From sequence record LC592711.1: a stretch of DNA of 64,000 bases; one strand, written 5' to 3'. Every line of letters starts with the position of its first letter. Position 1 is the first letter of the stretch. This document shows positions 17,807 through 26,953 of the stretch, in pieces. Position numbers and translations under genes: made by a program. The notes under the pieces were generated by a model. That model saw only the letters and a list, made by a program, of their open reading frames with translations. It was not told where the DNA came from and ran no database searches.

Positions 17807-18308
17807 TCCCAGATTCCTCCTTCGTTTGTTTCGCGATCAAGCCCAGTTCATACAGCTGGTCGAGGATTTGCCAGACTTCGTCTTCATTCACCTGGATTCC
17901 CTCGAAGGCTGCCGAGAATACCGGCGGCCCAGAGTCCTTTACGTGTCCAGCCGCAATGTTGGAATTGCGGATTTTACGCATGGTGTCGATGGCACGTCTA
18001 GCCTGAAGCGCCCAATCAGCAATTTCCTTGATCGGAGCAGCTTTACCCTTGACCTTCATCACCGATTCGAAAAGAACCGGCGGTGCTGGTTCTGCGGCCT
18101 GTTTCACGAATGCGTTGTACTGCTCGATCAGCAGGTTGATCGGGTTGCGTTTGATCGCGAGACCTTTGAGATCCAGATTCCGCGTAACTTGCAACTCACG
18201 AATGAGATATCCCGGTCCAGTCAAAGCATGCAGAAGCTCCCCCAGAGCCTCCACATCTACGGATACCATCGCACGTTCTTCAACTTCAGCTGAGACTTGT
18301 TCCGACAT
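17796..18308 (-). CDS. Hypothetical protein
   Basis: 170-aa ORF with TTTTAAAA box and GGAG RBS. Confidence 0.68.
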   Translation of the reverse strand: MSEQVSAEVEERAMVSVDVEALGELLHALTGPGYLIRELQVTRNLDLKGLAIKRNPINLLIEQYNAFVKQAAEPAPPVLFESVMKVKGKAAPIKEIADWALQARRAIDTMRKIRNSNIAAGHVKDSGPPVFSAAFEGIQVNEDEVWQILDQLYELGLIAKQTKEESGNGN

Positions 18309-18330
18309 TTTCTTTCTCCGTTTTAAAAGG

Positions 18331-19692
18331 TTAGTTCCAATGGCGCGCCAGTTCCTCGGACTGCTGACGATCCATCTCCTCTTCCAGCTTCTCCACTTGC
18401 CGCAGGGTCATGAAGAGCTGGTGTTGGTGGTCGCGAATCCATGCGACCATTTTCTTGATGTTGAAGACGTAGAAGCTTTCGTACTTATCATCATTCGGTC
18501 CATACAACGTGACGAATCGTCCGAAATTACGCTGAACCATGTAACGATGAAACTTACCTTCATCGAGCCACTTGCCCTGATTGTCAGGCTGACGACCCAC
18601 CGAGTTCAGAATGCAGCTGACGAGACGGCTGAGATTGACAACGAGACGCTCGTCCTTGTTCAGATGAGGCAATCGAAGCGAATTTTCACGAGCGAACATT
18701 TCGATCGTGGCTTCTTCGGCAGCCAGGAGCTCGTCGATCGCAACCGGTCGATACTGCGGAAACTCATCGCGCAGATCCACCTTACCATCGCCGCGCTCGA
18801 TGATCTTCCAGACATGGTGCATGTTGTACTGACGTGGTTCATCCTTAATGAACGCACTGCCGAGAACACCCGGTTTGATTTCCTGCATCACCAGCAGGTA
18901 ATTGCGAGCCCCCATCACGACGATATGATCGACCGTGAAACGATTGTTGCCGAGATGATCCGGATGTTCAGGATTGACTTCGACAATGGTCCCTTTCGGA
19001 AAGTGAGCCGGACCGTACTTGATGTCCATTTCCGCATGACCATGGCGGCCGAAACGCTTTTCGTAATTGATCAGCGCGTACGGATACTTGTCTTCGAAGT
19101 CGTGAAGCCAAGGCAATTCAGCCACACAAACACCGTACGGATCAGTCAGTGCCCAGAGTTCTTCACCAGGAATATCTTCCTTCTCAATCTTCCAGCCATC
19201 GGCACTCGTATAGACGCCGAGTTTACGTTCGACGAACGTACGATGGAAACGCTCGTTCCAGATCACCTGTTCCCAATACTCATTCGGGAGAACGAGACTC
19301 GATTGCATCCAGGCACTCAACCAACGATCGAACAACTGAAAGTCGTTGACCGATCTAGCCTGGTCGCGCAGAAAAGCACGAGCATAATTGATGTCGCCGC
19401 CCGCCATGTGCTTGGCTTTCTTCGTGATGCAGCGATGCACTTTCAGACCCTGGCGCATGTACTTGATACTGATATTCGACATGTACGACGGATCCATCGA
19501 CTTCGCTCCATAAAGCACACTGCTCGGAAGAGCAATTGCGTCGTGAATGATCTTGCGCATGTGATCCTCGAACTCACGGGTATCTTCAATTCCATGATTC
19601 GAAAACATCTGCTTGCGGCTATAATGAATCTCAGGCCGAAACGGATCGAGGTTATTGAAACCCGACAACTCATACATTTGCTTGTTATCCAT
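18331..19692 (-). CDS. Hypothetical multidomain protein
   Basis: 453-aa ORF with TTTTAAAA box and GAGG/AAGG RBS. Confidence 0.7.
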   Translation of the reverse strand: MDNKQMYELSGFNNLDPFRPEIHYSRKQMFSNHGIEDTREFEDHMRKIIHDAIALPSSVLYGAKSMDPSYMSNISIKYMRQGLKVHRCITKKAKHMAGGDINYARAFLRDQARSVNDFQLFDRWLSAWMQSSLVLPNEYWEQVIWNERFHRTFVERKLGVYTSADGWKIEKEDIPGEELWALTDPYGVCVAELPWLHDFEDKYPYALINYEKRFGRHGHAEMDIKYGPAHFPKGTIVEVNPEHPDHLGNNRFTVDHIVVMGARNYLLVMQEIKPGVLGSAFIKDEPRQYNMHHVWKIIERGDGKVDLRDEFPQYRPVAIDELLAAEEATIEMFARENSLRLPHLNKDERLVVNLSRLVSCILNSVGRQPDNQGKWLDEGKFHRYMVQRNFGRFVTLYGPNDDKYESFYVFNIKKMVAWIRDHQHQLFMTLRQVEKLEEEMDRQQSEELARHWN

Positions 19693-19712
19693 CCTTACCT
19701 CATTTTAAAAGT

Positions 19713-20138
19713 TTACGGCTTGTGGAACTTGGCGATGTGTACGCCGGGAGCACCCTTCAAGTCGTCATAAAAACCACGCTGAAACACCCGCTTCATTTCG
19801 TCAGCGGATGCCAGCCTGGTGCAATGAATTTCCGGATCCACATCGATGAACCCGATCTCGCCCTTGGTCGAAAACCTGCCTGCTTCTTTATCCAGAGATG
19901 AGAGAATGCATCCCAAGAACCGTTTCGTCTTCTTTTCGAAGACCGACTTGTGGCACATGGGTGGCAAGTTCCACGGCCTTAGGGCCTGACAATACTCCTC
20001 TTTCGATACCAGCTTTCCGTTGATCCCGAATTCCTGCCCCATCGGCCCCATCCGAAAGAAGAAGCTCGGTTTCTCCGCAGTTTCCACTCTGCGCCTTGCT
20101 GCATCCGTCAGAACCATGGGAATTCGATGCTTCGACAT
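19713..20138 (-). CDS. Hypothetical protein (5' part overlapped by the QueC-like ORF)
   Basis: GAGGTAGAAG-ATG start; 141 aa. Confidence 0.55.
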   Translation of the reverse strand: MSKHRIPMVLTDAARRRVETAEKPSFFFRMGPMGQEFGINGKLVSKEEYCQALRPWNLPPMCHKSVFEKKTKRFLGCILSSLDKEAGRFSTKGEIGFIDVDPEIHCTRLASADEMKRVFQRGFYDDLKGAPGVHIAKFHKP

Positions 20139-20886
20139 CTTCTACCTCATTGGCGAGATTTAGAGAATTCAAGTACTCCATCCGCTCATCGATGGCATCC
20201 TTGAGTGTTCGTTTCTTTCGGCGTTCCCAGATAAACACGGTCTTCGCCATGGTCTCGCACGCAGCACAGCGTTCGCACGGAACAAACTTCACATCGTCGG
20301 GCTGGTCATCTCCAGCAGCGACAGGAAGTTCACAGATCCAGAGATCCCGAATGATTTCCAACGGCATTTCTTTCAGGATCCGATCCTTCGAGTGATGCAT
20401 CAGGGGGAATTCCAGCGGCACCTGTTCGTACCGCGCGAATGCGCTGGTGTGTTGCCAAGCCAACACCAGATCCCCGAGATGCATTGAGATCTGATCCCCC
20501 ATTACGATGCCCATACAGACTTTCGAATGCTTCCGACCGTCTACTGCATACTGCAGCCCGAACTGCCACAACGGTGCCTGAGCAAACGTGTGATCGGGAA
20601 TGAGATTATTCCAGCTTTTGACGGTATGTCCGCTATGCGGATCTTTTTCCATCACGTTGAAGAAGTTACCCAGATCGACGATCGTATCCGAGATAACATA
20701 ATGTCCGGTCTTCTTCTCGAAGAAGTCGATGATCTTCTTTCGGGCAGCCAGTTCCATCGGGATCTTGTCCTGGCATTGTTGTGCCTTGATGTAGCAGGTA
20801 TAAACGTCACCCTGCTCCAAAGCTTTCCAGAGCATGAACGAGGAGTCCAGGCCGCCCGAAAATACGAGAAGGGGTTTCTTATTCAT
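19888..20886 (-). CDS. queC: QueC-like PP-loop ATP pyrophosphatase
   Basis: LLVFSGGLDS PP-loop and WICELP...PCERCAAC zinc motif. Confidence 0.8.
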   Translation of the reverse strand: MNKKPLLVFSGGLDSSFMLWKALEQGDVYTCYIKAQQCQDKIPMELAARKKIIDFFEKKTGHYVISDTIVDLGNFFNVMEKDPHSGHTVKSWNNLIPDHTFAQAPLWQFGLQYAVDGRKHSKVCMGIVMGDQISMHLGDLVLAWQHTSAFARYEQVPLEFPLMHHSKDRILKEMPLEIIRDLWICELPVAAGDDQPDDVKFVPCERCAACETMAKTVFIWERRKKRTLKDAIDERMEYLNSLNLANEVEDVEASNSHGSDGCSKAQSGNCGETELLLSDGADGAGIRDQRKAGIERGVLSGPKAVELATHVPQVGLRKEDETVLGMHSLISG

Positions 20887-21802
20887 TATTCATTCCCCCC
20901 TTCTTCTCTTCGAACTCGGAATGAGAATCGATGTTGGAATACGTCGGCGCATCCCGCAGAACGATTTTCCCTTCGTCGTACATCTTCCTGGTCTCTGGTG
21001 CCATTTGTTCGATCATCTTTTCTTTCGTCGTACCTGGAAGCACGTACATGATGAGGGTCGAGTCAGGTATGACGTTTTCCAACTTGTGTTCCGGCCGAAG
21101 CTTGCCGACCTGATACTTGCGATGCAGATTGAGTGGATCACCTTCACCGCGTGTCATCGGAACATTCGTCGGTTTCAAACGACCCGTCAGACATTCGCCG
21201 ACCAATGGCAATGCCGGACGATTCGGATTCATATCTTGTCTTTTGACCTTATCCGAATAACCGCCTACTTCCATCAGCACCGGATCCATCGGATGATTCT
21301 GTCGATGTTTCATGACGTACCTCACCTTAGGGAGAATCGAATAGATGTATTCCTTGACTGCAAGAGAAAGTCTGCGTTCAACCATTCGAATCGGGCGACG
21401 ATACTGCTGGCCGTCGAACGGACGAGAGCGACGGAACGAATCCGGGAACACCACATACTTCGATATTCCCAGAACCCTTTCTTTCATTTCGTCATCGGAC
21501 ATTTCCATCGGAATCTTCACTCCGATTCCAGCTTCTCTTGCCTCAGCCTGCACCATCGCCGACTTCCGTTGAGTAACGGGATGAACGATAAGAGGATAGA
21601 GGCTTCCACGATGGATGTCGGGATCGCGCGGGACGAAGGGTGTAGGACCGGGCGTCGAGAAGATCACCATTTCGCCTTTCTTGAAACCGCCACCCCAGTC
21701 TTTCATGATCTGCTCTGGGATGGAGTTACGACAAGCCTCTGTCAGTTCGTCATGCATCTTCGGATCGAACAGAGGCGTAATGATTTTTGTCTTATCGTTC
21801 AT
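20879..21802 (-). CDS. Hypothetical protein
   Basis: 307-aa ORF with TTTTAAAA box and GAAGG RBS. Confidence 0.68.
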   Translation of the reverse strand: MNDKTKIITPLFDPKMHDELTEACRNSIPEQIMKDWGGGFKKGEMVIFSTPGPTPFVPRDPDIHRGSLYPLIVHPVTQRKSAMVQAEAREAGIGVKIPMEMSDDEMKERVLGISKYVVFPDSFRRSRPFDGQQYRRPIRMVERRLSLAVKEYIYSILPKVRYVMKHRQNHPMDPVLMEVGGYSDKVKRQDMNPNRPALPLVGECLTGRLKPTNVPMTRGEGDPLNLHRKYQVGKLRPEHKLENVIPDSTLIMYVLPGTTKEKMIEQMAPETRKMYDEGKIVLRDAPTYSNIDSHSEFEEKKGGMNNE

Positions 21803-21811
21803 TCTTTACCT

Positions 21812-22264
21812 TCATTTTAAAATAATTGAGGACAACGCAGCGATGGCGTACTTATCACCTGCCATACTTTCACACGTTGCTCTAAGTGCTTCTACATCAC
21901 AAGCCCGCTCCATCGCCAGACGTTCATCATCCGCTTTCATCTGGATGAATTTCAGCTTCGCACGAATGGCGCGGTAATACGGACGGATTTCGTTCACACA
22001 TGCTCTCAGCACGGTCAGGATATCTTTGCCCGGACCATCTTCGTAAAACAGCTTATGCAAGAGAGGTTGGTTTTCATCGTTGGGCGGCAGCAACAACAAT
22101 TCCCGACATACCGCCATGCGTATGTATTCGTAGCGCGCATGAACCGCGGCTACGCTAATGCCGAAATCCTTGCCGACACGGGCAAACCCTTTACCTTCGA
22201 AAACGATTTCTTCGAAGATACCGAAATAGCCATTCAGGTTTTCCAATGTCTGCATGGCGATCAC
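21812..22264 (-). CDS. Hypothetical protein
   Basis: 150-aa ORF, translational coupling with upstream gene. Confidence 0.62.
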   Translation of the reverse strand: MIAMQTLENLNGYFGIFEEIVFEGKGFARVGKDFGISVAAVHARYEYIRMAVCRELLLLPPNDENQPLLHKLFYEDGPGKDILTVLRACVNEIRPYYRAIRAKLKFIQMKADDERLAMERACDVEALRATCESMAGDKYAIAALSSIILK

Positions 22265-22455
22265 CGATTTAGATGTGAGACGAGGGCTTCAGCTTCGGCC
22301 TGCGAATACACCACAGCCAGCTGATCACCATCTTCATCGATGATTTCAAACTGTTCGACATCCTGCAATTCGTCGACAGTTACCGGTTCACCACTCTCAT
22401 GCTTGAAGACGTGTTCTTCAACTGCGTCTTCATCGATCTTAGCCCATTTGTACAT
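22261..22455 (-). CDS. Small acidic hypothetical protein
   Basis: Start moved to MYKWAK with TTTTAAAA box and GAGGAG RBS. Confidence 0.65.
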   Translation of the reverse strand: MYKWAKIDEDAVEEHVFKHESGEPVTVDELQDVEQFEIIDEDGDQLAVVYSQAEAEALVSHLNR

Positions 22456-22489
22456 TTTGTTACTCCTCAGTTTTAAAAAGACCTGGTAA

Positions 22490-22729
22490 TTACTTCGAAC
22501 GTTGCGGCACTTTCGGAAACTCTGCTTCTTTACCATCCGCATCGCGAATGATAATGGTCTTCCCGCTCGCCTGTAAATCGACGATGTAGCTATACGTACC
22601 GAGTGCGTGACGAATCACATCTGCCAAGCCAGTTGCTGCAGTTTGCATCTGAAGCTTTTCAATCTCAACATGCGTTTCGGGCGACATGTCGAGTTGGAAG
22701 CCCTTCTTCTTCGATTTGCTCTTAAACAT
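22490..22729 (-). CDS. Ribbon-helix-helix (CopG/Arc-like) DNA-binding protein
   Basis: KGFQLDMSPETHVEIEKL...LADVIRHAL strand-helix-helix pattern; GAGGAG RBS. Confidence 0.65.
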   Translation of the reverse strand: MFKSKSKKKGFQLDMSPETHVEIEKLQMQTAATGLADVIRHALGTYSYIVDLQASGKTIIIRDADGKEAEFPKVPQRSK

Positions 22730-22778
22730 TACATCTCCTCAGATTGAATTAGGAGGGGAGCCGCAGCTCCCCATGACT

Positions 22779-23417
22779 TTAATACCGCCACGGATTGCGC
22801 GGATAGTTGTCTGCCTGCCGGTAAGCGTAGTCAGGACGGACATAGCGGTCGACGTAACCCGGCGGATAACCGCGCGGATACGGACGAACTGCCGGCTGAA
22901 TCACTACCTGCGTCGGACCGTAATACGGTCTGTTGTACTGAACGGGCGGCGGTGCGTAATACACCGGCGCCGGAGAACGAACGAGGTGCGGTGGTTCTTG
23001 CTGGATGTATGCTTGTTGCGGATACTGCTGCACATACGGAGGATCGTCGGCGTCGACTTCTGCGACTTGGTTGGGATCATACGTCTGCTGCGGCGCAGGC
23101 GCGTCGGAATACGTGTACGTGCGAGACTGCAACGGAGCCTGGGGTCGTTGCTGTTGTTGCTGATCGTACAACTGCGCGTAATTACGGGCATCGTAGTCTC
23201 CGCGTTGAATCCAACCATTGCGGAATGCTCGGGCACGATCCGACATGGGACTGTCGGGATCTTCAGCGCGATTATCCGCGTTACGAGTCCAGTCATCGGG
23301 CGTAATCTGCCGAGGCTGTCCATTGGCGTCCGGTACGCTATAAGCGTAGAACGGACCATCGGCCCAAGCCGACATACTGACAAGCAGTAATGCGCAAAGC
23401 GCGATTCGAGTTTTCAT
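22779..23417 (-). CDS. Exported Pro/Tyr/Gln-rich protein
   Basis: Signal peptide MKTRIALCALLLVSMSAWA; low-complexity PVYYAPPPV / YPRGYPPGY tail. Confidence 0.7.
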   Translation of the reverse strand: MKTRIALCALLLVSMSAWADGPFYAYSVPDANGQPRQITPDDWTRNADNRAEDPDSPMSDRARAFRNGWIQRGDYDARNYAQLYDQQQQQRPQAPLQSRTYTYSDAPAPQQTYDPNQVAEVDADDPPYVQQYPQQAYIQQEPPHLVRSPAPVYYAPPPVQYNRPYYGPTQVVIQPAVRPYPRGYPPGYVDRYVRPDYAYRQADNYPRNPWRY

Positions 23418-23444
23418 TTTTCTTCCCCGTGTTTTAAAAAGGAA

Positions 23445-23999
23445 TTACTTCTGCTTCGGAAACAGATAGAAGATCGCCAGAAGCCTGCAATCTTTATCCA
23501 GCTTGATGGACTGGTCGCCGAGCAACAACCGTGAAGCGTTTTCGAAACCACGACTGCATGCCGAGATATAGTCGTCCATGGACATGATCATCGTGCCAAA
23601 GCACTCAGTCGTTCGGACCACCGAGTCATCAGACTCTGAAGCGAAGTTCAGAGGACAGACCTTTTGATCGATGGGATCCGAGTCGGTGTGAACCGGACAG
23701 ATCCAGTTGCTCCCCCGCTGATCCTGAATCACCATGAAAGCACAGAGATTTCGGATCTTGTTTGTGTCTTTATCCAGATACTCCAAATATTCCCCTTGCT
23801 CACGAGCCTTGAGGATATCCTCATAGATCGTGGAGAAAGTATCGGAGTCCATGATCAACTTCCCGAAGAAGATCAATGGATTCTGCAGAGGCTCGGGATC
23901 TTCCTTAAGCAGAAGGGAATTCTTCCACTGTATCGCCGCGCCAGGATTTACGGGTTTATCTTTCTCGTTAGGTTTATTTACAACAGGGTTCATGATCAC
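23445..23999 (-). CDS. Hypothetical protein
   Basis: 184-aa ORF downstream of promoter at 24119 and structured leader. Confidence 0.68.
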   Translation of the reverse strand: MIMNPVVNKPNEKDKPVNPGAAIQWKNSLLLKEDPEPLQNPLIFFGKLIMDSDTFSTIYEDILKAREQGEYLEYLDKDTNKIRNLCAFMVIQDQRGSNWICPVHTDSDPIDQKVCPLNFASESDDSVVRTTECFGTMIMSMDDYISACSRGFENASRLLLGDQSIKLDKDCRLLAIFYLFPKQK

Positions 24000-24118
24000 T
24001 CACCTGTAATTATTTTAAAAACGGACTGTCCCTTTGTTAGGACAGGCTTTTCCCCCCAGGTTCAAACATTATCGCAGACGAGTTAGTTTTACTCGCTTGT
24101 CTACAGAACTTCAGTTGG

Positions 24119-24127
24119 ATGATATAT
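24119..24127 (-). promoter_or_regulatory. Putative early promoter variant ATATATCAT
   Basis: TTTCTTTTCGGAA-ATATATCAT downstream of a hairpin, same layout as the other copies. Confidence 0.45.
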
Positions 24128-24150
24128 TTCCGAAAAGAAATACAGCAAAC

Positions 24151-24187
24151 ATAATCCCAGGGAACCCTTTCGGGCCCCTGGGATTAT
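24151..24187 (-). terminator. Stem-loop terminator
   Basis: ATAATCCCAGGG...CCCTGGGATTAT with GAAA loop on the minus strand. Confidence 0.65.
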
Positions 24188-24209
24188 AGTCTTTATGCTT
24201 CTTACCTAC

Positions 24210-24653
24210 TTACGCAGCAGGTGGCGGCGTACCAGCAGCCGGCTGTGCCGGCGTCTGTGGTGCTGCAGCAACAGACGGCGCTGCGGCCGTCGATACTGCG
24301 GTTGCTGAAGCCTGTGATGTAACTGCGGAAATAAGGGCTTCAGCGTTGGCGACTGCCTGCGCGTCATTCGCAGATGTCGTCAATGTATCGAGACGTTTCT
24401 GTTTGATCAGGCGAGATGCTGCGCCGACAAACGAGACGATCGCGATGATGTGCGCCAGTTGCGGAGGAGCACTTGCGCCGGTCAGCAAACCCGACTGGAG
24501 AGCCAGGTTGTACAGATCCGGGGCAGCGCCTACGATGGCGAAGAACCACACCGAGTACATCGTGTAGAACTTGCGCCATTCGGTGACGAGTTCGAGACCG
24601 ATCTTGTTCAGACCAGCTTCGATCTTGTCTCCGAGTGCGGAGAAAAAGCTCAT
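24210..24653 (-). CDS. Putative holin-like membrane protein
   Basis: LVTEWRKFYTMYSVWFFAIVG and IIAIVSFVGAASRLIKQ hydrophobic segments resembling small phage holin-like families; Ala/Pro-rich tail. Confidence 0.5.
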   Translation of the reverse strand: MSFFSALGDKIEAGLNKIGLELVTEWRKFYTMYSVWFFAIVGAAPDLYNLALQSGLLTGASAPPQLAHIIAIVSFVGAASRLIKQKRLDTLTTSANDAQAVANAEALISAVTSQASATAVSTAAAPSVAAAPQTPAQPAAGTPPPAA

Positions 24654-24660
24654 GGTTACC

Positions 24661-25146
24661 TCACTTGATATCAAACGTTTTACTACCATCGCCTTCCTCT
24701 TTCGGAGGTAGGACTTCCCACTGAACGAGGATCTCGCGCAGCTTCACCCAGTCAACGCAGGGTTTACCGTTACTACCCATCTTGAGCGGAATGCCAATAC
24801 CGGCATCATCCACATAGATGGAAGCGTAGACTTTGGGAGAATTGGACCACTTCTCCTGCTCGGGGTTTTCGTTGATCCCCCAAAAGTCGATGTTGTTCTT
24901 GTTGCAGTAGACGACAGCTTCGTGCAGCTTGTCTTCCGATCGCATGGTCAGAAGAATGAGTTTGATACCCACCTTCTTCAATTCTTGCAGGACCTCAATA
25001 GCCCCTTCGTTCGGTTTACCGATGTACGGAAAATCGTTCTCGACGATGGTGCCGTCGAAGTCGATTGCGAAGATAGTCTTTTCGAATTTCTTCTGCGACT
25101 CTGCTTCGTCGACCTGCGTCACTTCGTTAGTGTTAAGCCACGGCAT
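24661..25146 (-). CDS. HAD-superfamily hydrolase (BT0820-like)
   Basis: AIDFDGTIV motif I, LILLTMR motif II, KVYASIYVDD motifs III/IV. Confidence 0.82.
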   Translation of the reverse strand: MPWLNTNEVTQVDEAESQKKFEKTIFAIDFDGTIVENDFPYIGKPNEGAIEVLQELKKVGIKLILLTMRSEDKLHEAVVYCNKNNIDFWGINENPEQEKWSNSPKVYASIYVDDAGIGIPLKMGSNGKPCVDWVKLREILVQWEVLPPKEEGDGSKTFDIK

Positions 25147-25197
25147 ATCTTCACCCTGTTATTTGTCACAAGATCAGCCAAAAAAAATATAGGACAT

Positions 25198-25227
25198 AGA
25201 ATGGATGGGCTTTCGCCCATCCATTCT
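25198..25227 (-). terminator. 13-bp stem-loop, GAAA loop
   Basis: AGAATGGATGGGC-tttc-GCCCATCCATTCT then TATG and a T-tract on the minus strand. Confidence 0.72.
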
Positions 25228-25237
25228 GTACATCGGG

Positions 25238-25585
25238 TTACTTCCCTTCAGCAGCCATGCGCTCGCGATTCTTCCGACGGATTTTCACGACCGTCCGGAT
25301 ACACACGAGAGCATGTATCAGGCGATCTCTTTCGGTCTGAGTGCGAGCTTTCAACGTAACGCCACGAGGAACCATGACTGAAACGGGAGCGTTGTTTTCG
25401 TCACGGTATGCATACTCATACCAGCCTCGCCCGACTTTAGCAGTCGGTTTCATCTTAAGCGTACAGGATCTCGAATAACCTGCAAGATCCTTATCCGTAA
25501 CATTGCCACGGATTGTTGTGCTGAAACACGGAGTATGTGTTCTAGCCAAACGTTTCAAACGCAGACGGGAATGACTAGCTTTCAT
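25238..25585 (-). CDS. Basic hypothetical protein
   Basis: 115-aa ORF in operon. Confidence 0.6.
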   Translation of the reverse strand: MKASHSRLRLKRLARTHTPCFSTTIRGNVTDKDLAGYSRSCTLKMKPTAKVGRGWYEYAYRDENNAPVSVMVPRGVTLKARTQTERDRLIHALVCIRTVVKIRRKNRERMAAEGK

Positions 25586-25586
25586 T

Positions 25587-26057
25587 TTATTGCTCCGTGA
25601 TCAGAACGTATTCCCATTTATCGGCGTTGGGAATGCACCGGTCCTCTGCTGCCTTGTAGGCTTTCGCCTGATCCCACAGCGATGACTGTTCGATCAGAGT
25701 GTGAATAATCGAACATGCCGTGCCAACCTTATCGTACTCTTCACGCGACAGAACACGAATCAGTTTGTTCCTGCTGTCCCAGGACTTGTGGACAATTTCC
25801 TGAGCTTCTTCCAGGATATCCTGGATGCCGACAGACTCGAAGTTCTTGAGCAACTCCAGACCCACATACATCCGGATCTTCAGCGTAATGCGATCGCCCA
25901 GGTTGGCGAAACCATCACGATAGGCGAGCAGCCGGAAGTAGCAGTTCAGCGTCATCGTAGTGGAATCGTCTTCCGAGTACTCGAACGTCTTTGCTGAGTA
26001 TTCGACGATGTTATCTTGCTTCGGACGGAAGCCTTTGCGGATTTGTGTTTTAGCCAT
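25587..26057 (-). CDS. Hypothetical protein
   Basis: 156-aa ORF with TTTTAAAA box upstream. Confidence 0.65.
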   Translation of the reverse strand: MAKTQIRKGFRPKQDNIVEYSAKTFEYSEDDSTTMTLNCYFRLLAYRDGFANLGDRITLKIRMYVGLELLKNFESVGIQDILEEAQEIVHKSWDSRNKLIRVLSREEYDKVGTACSIIHTLIEQSSLWDQAKAYKAAEDRCIPNADKWEYVLITEQ

Positions 26058-26068
26058 GTTGTATTATC

Positions 26069-26953
26069 TTACTTCGTTTTAAAAAGGTTTACGACGTTTT
26101 GGGGTTTGGGACGAACCTTCAGATCCGGAATGCTGTCTTTCGTTTGCATCAGAACCTTGGTAGCCCAATGGAAAACTTTTGAGGGTTTGTCTTCCGTATA
26201 GCCGCGCGGAATCGAAACACCGGTTGCCATGCTAAATGCCATAGCGCATTGCCGGAAGAAAGTTTCGTCCAGCAAATGGTAAAACTTGACCAGATGGGCG
26301 GGATCCTGATACAGGCCGTGCAATTCTGCCTGATGGATGCTGCCAATGATGCGATCCAGTTCGATCGTGTTGAACATCTTGATCGGCCAGTCAGCGGGTG
26401 CTTCTTCGTCAGTATGGTAGACGATTCGGTCACGCTGCGTAATCACCATCGAGACGAGATAGTCCAGCACCTGCAGACCTTCGTAAGCCATGCGCTTCGG
26501 GATATGAGAACCCGTGAACATCGCGTTCGCATTGAAGTACGAGATCTGGCTAAGCTTCGCCATGATGTTAGCCGAAGTCTCCATCAATGCCGTGCCGAAT
26601 TCTTCGTCACCTGGGCGCATAGCACGAGCTTCGATTTCGTCGAGCAACAGCTTCGACATAGGCTCGCGTGCAAGAACCAGTTGTTCTACTTCCAGCAACC
26701 AGCCAGGTTGAACCTGCGTCGGATAAACTGCGACGCCTTTGAAGCCGAGCGTACGATGCTGGATCAGACCATCCTTACCCGGCTTTACCGCTTCGAGTAC
26801 AGGAGGTGTAATCTCACTACTTCCCATCCATTCATAAAGGCGAATGGAGTTAGATGACTGATGGAACTTGCCATCGAAGTCTTTAATGCATCCTTCAATG
26901 CTTGGTAGTACATATTCTTGTTGTCCGAGATTGATTGTCAAAGGTGTGTTCAT
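26069..26953 (-). CDS. Hypothetical protein
   Basis: 294-aa ORF abutting upstream stop. Confidence 0.68.
   Translation of the reverse strand: MNTPLTINLGQQEYVLPSIEGCIKDFDGKFHQSSNSIRLYEWMGSSEITPPVLEAVKPGKDGLIQHRTLGFKGVAVYPTQVQPGWLLEVEQLVLAREPMSKLLLDEIEARAMRPGDEEFGTALMETSANIMAKLSQISYFNANAMFTGSHIPKRMAYEGLQVLDYLVSMVITQRDRIVYHTDEEAPADWPIKMFNTIELDRIIGSIHQAELHGLYQDPAHLVKFYHLLDETFFRQCAMAFSMATGVSIPRGYTEDKPSKVFHWATKVLMQTKDSIPDLKVRPKPQNVVNLFKTK

Noticed and set aside
24030-24110. GGTTCAAA resembling a tRNA T-loop
   Set aside because: No cloverleaf, acceptor stem or anticodon arm can be built
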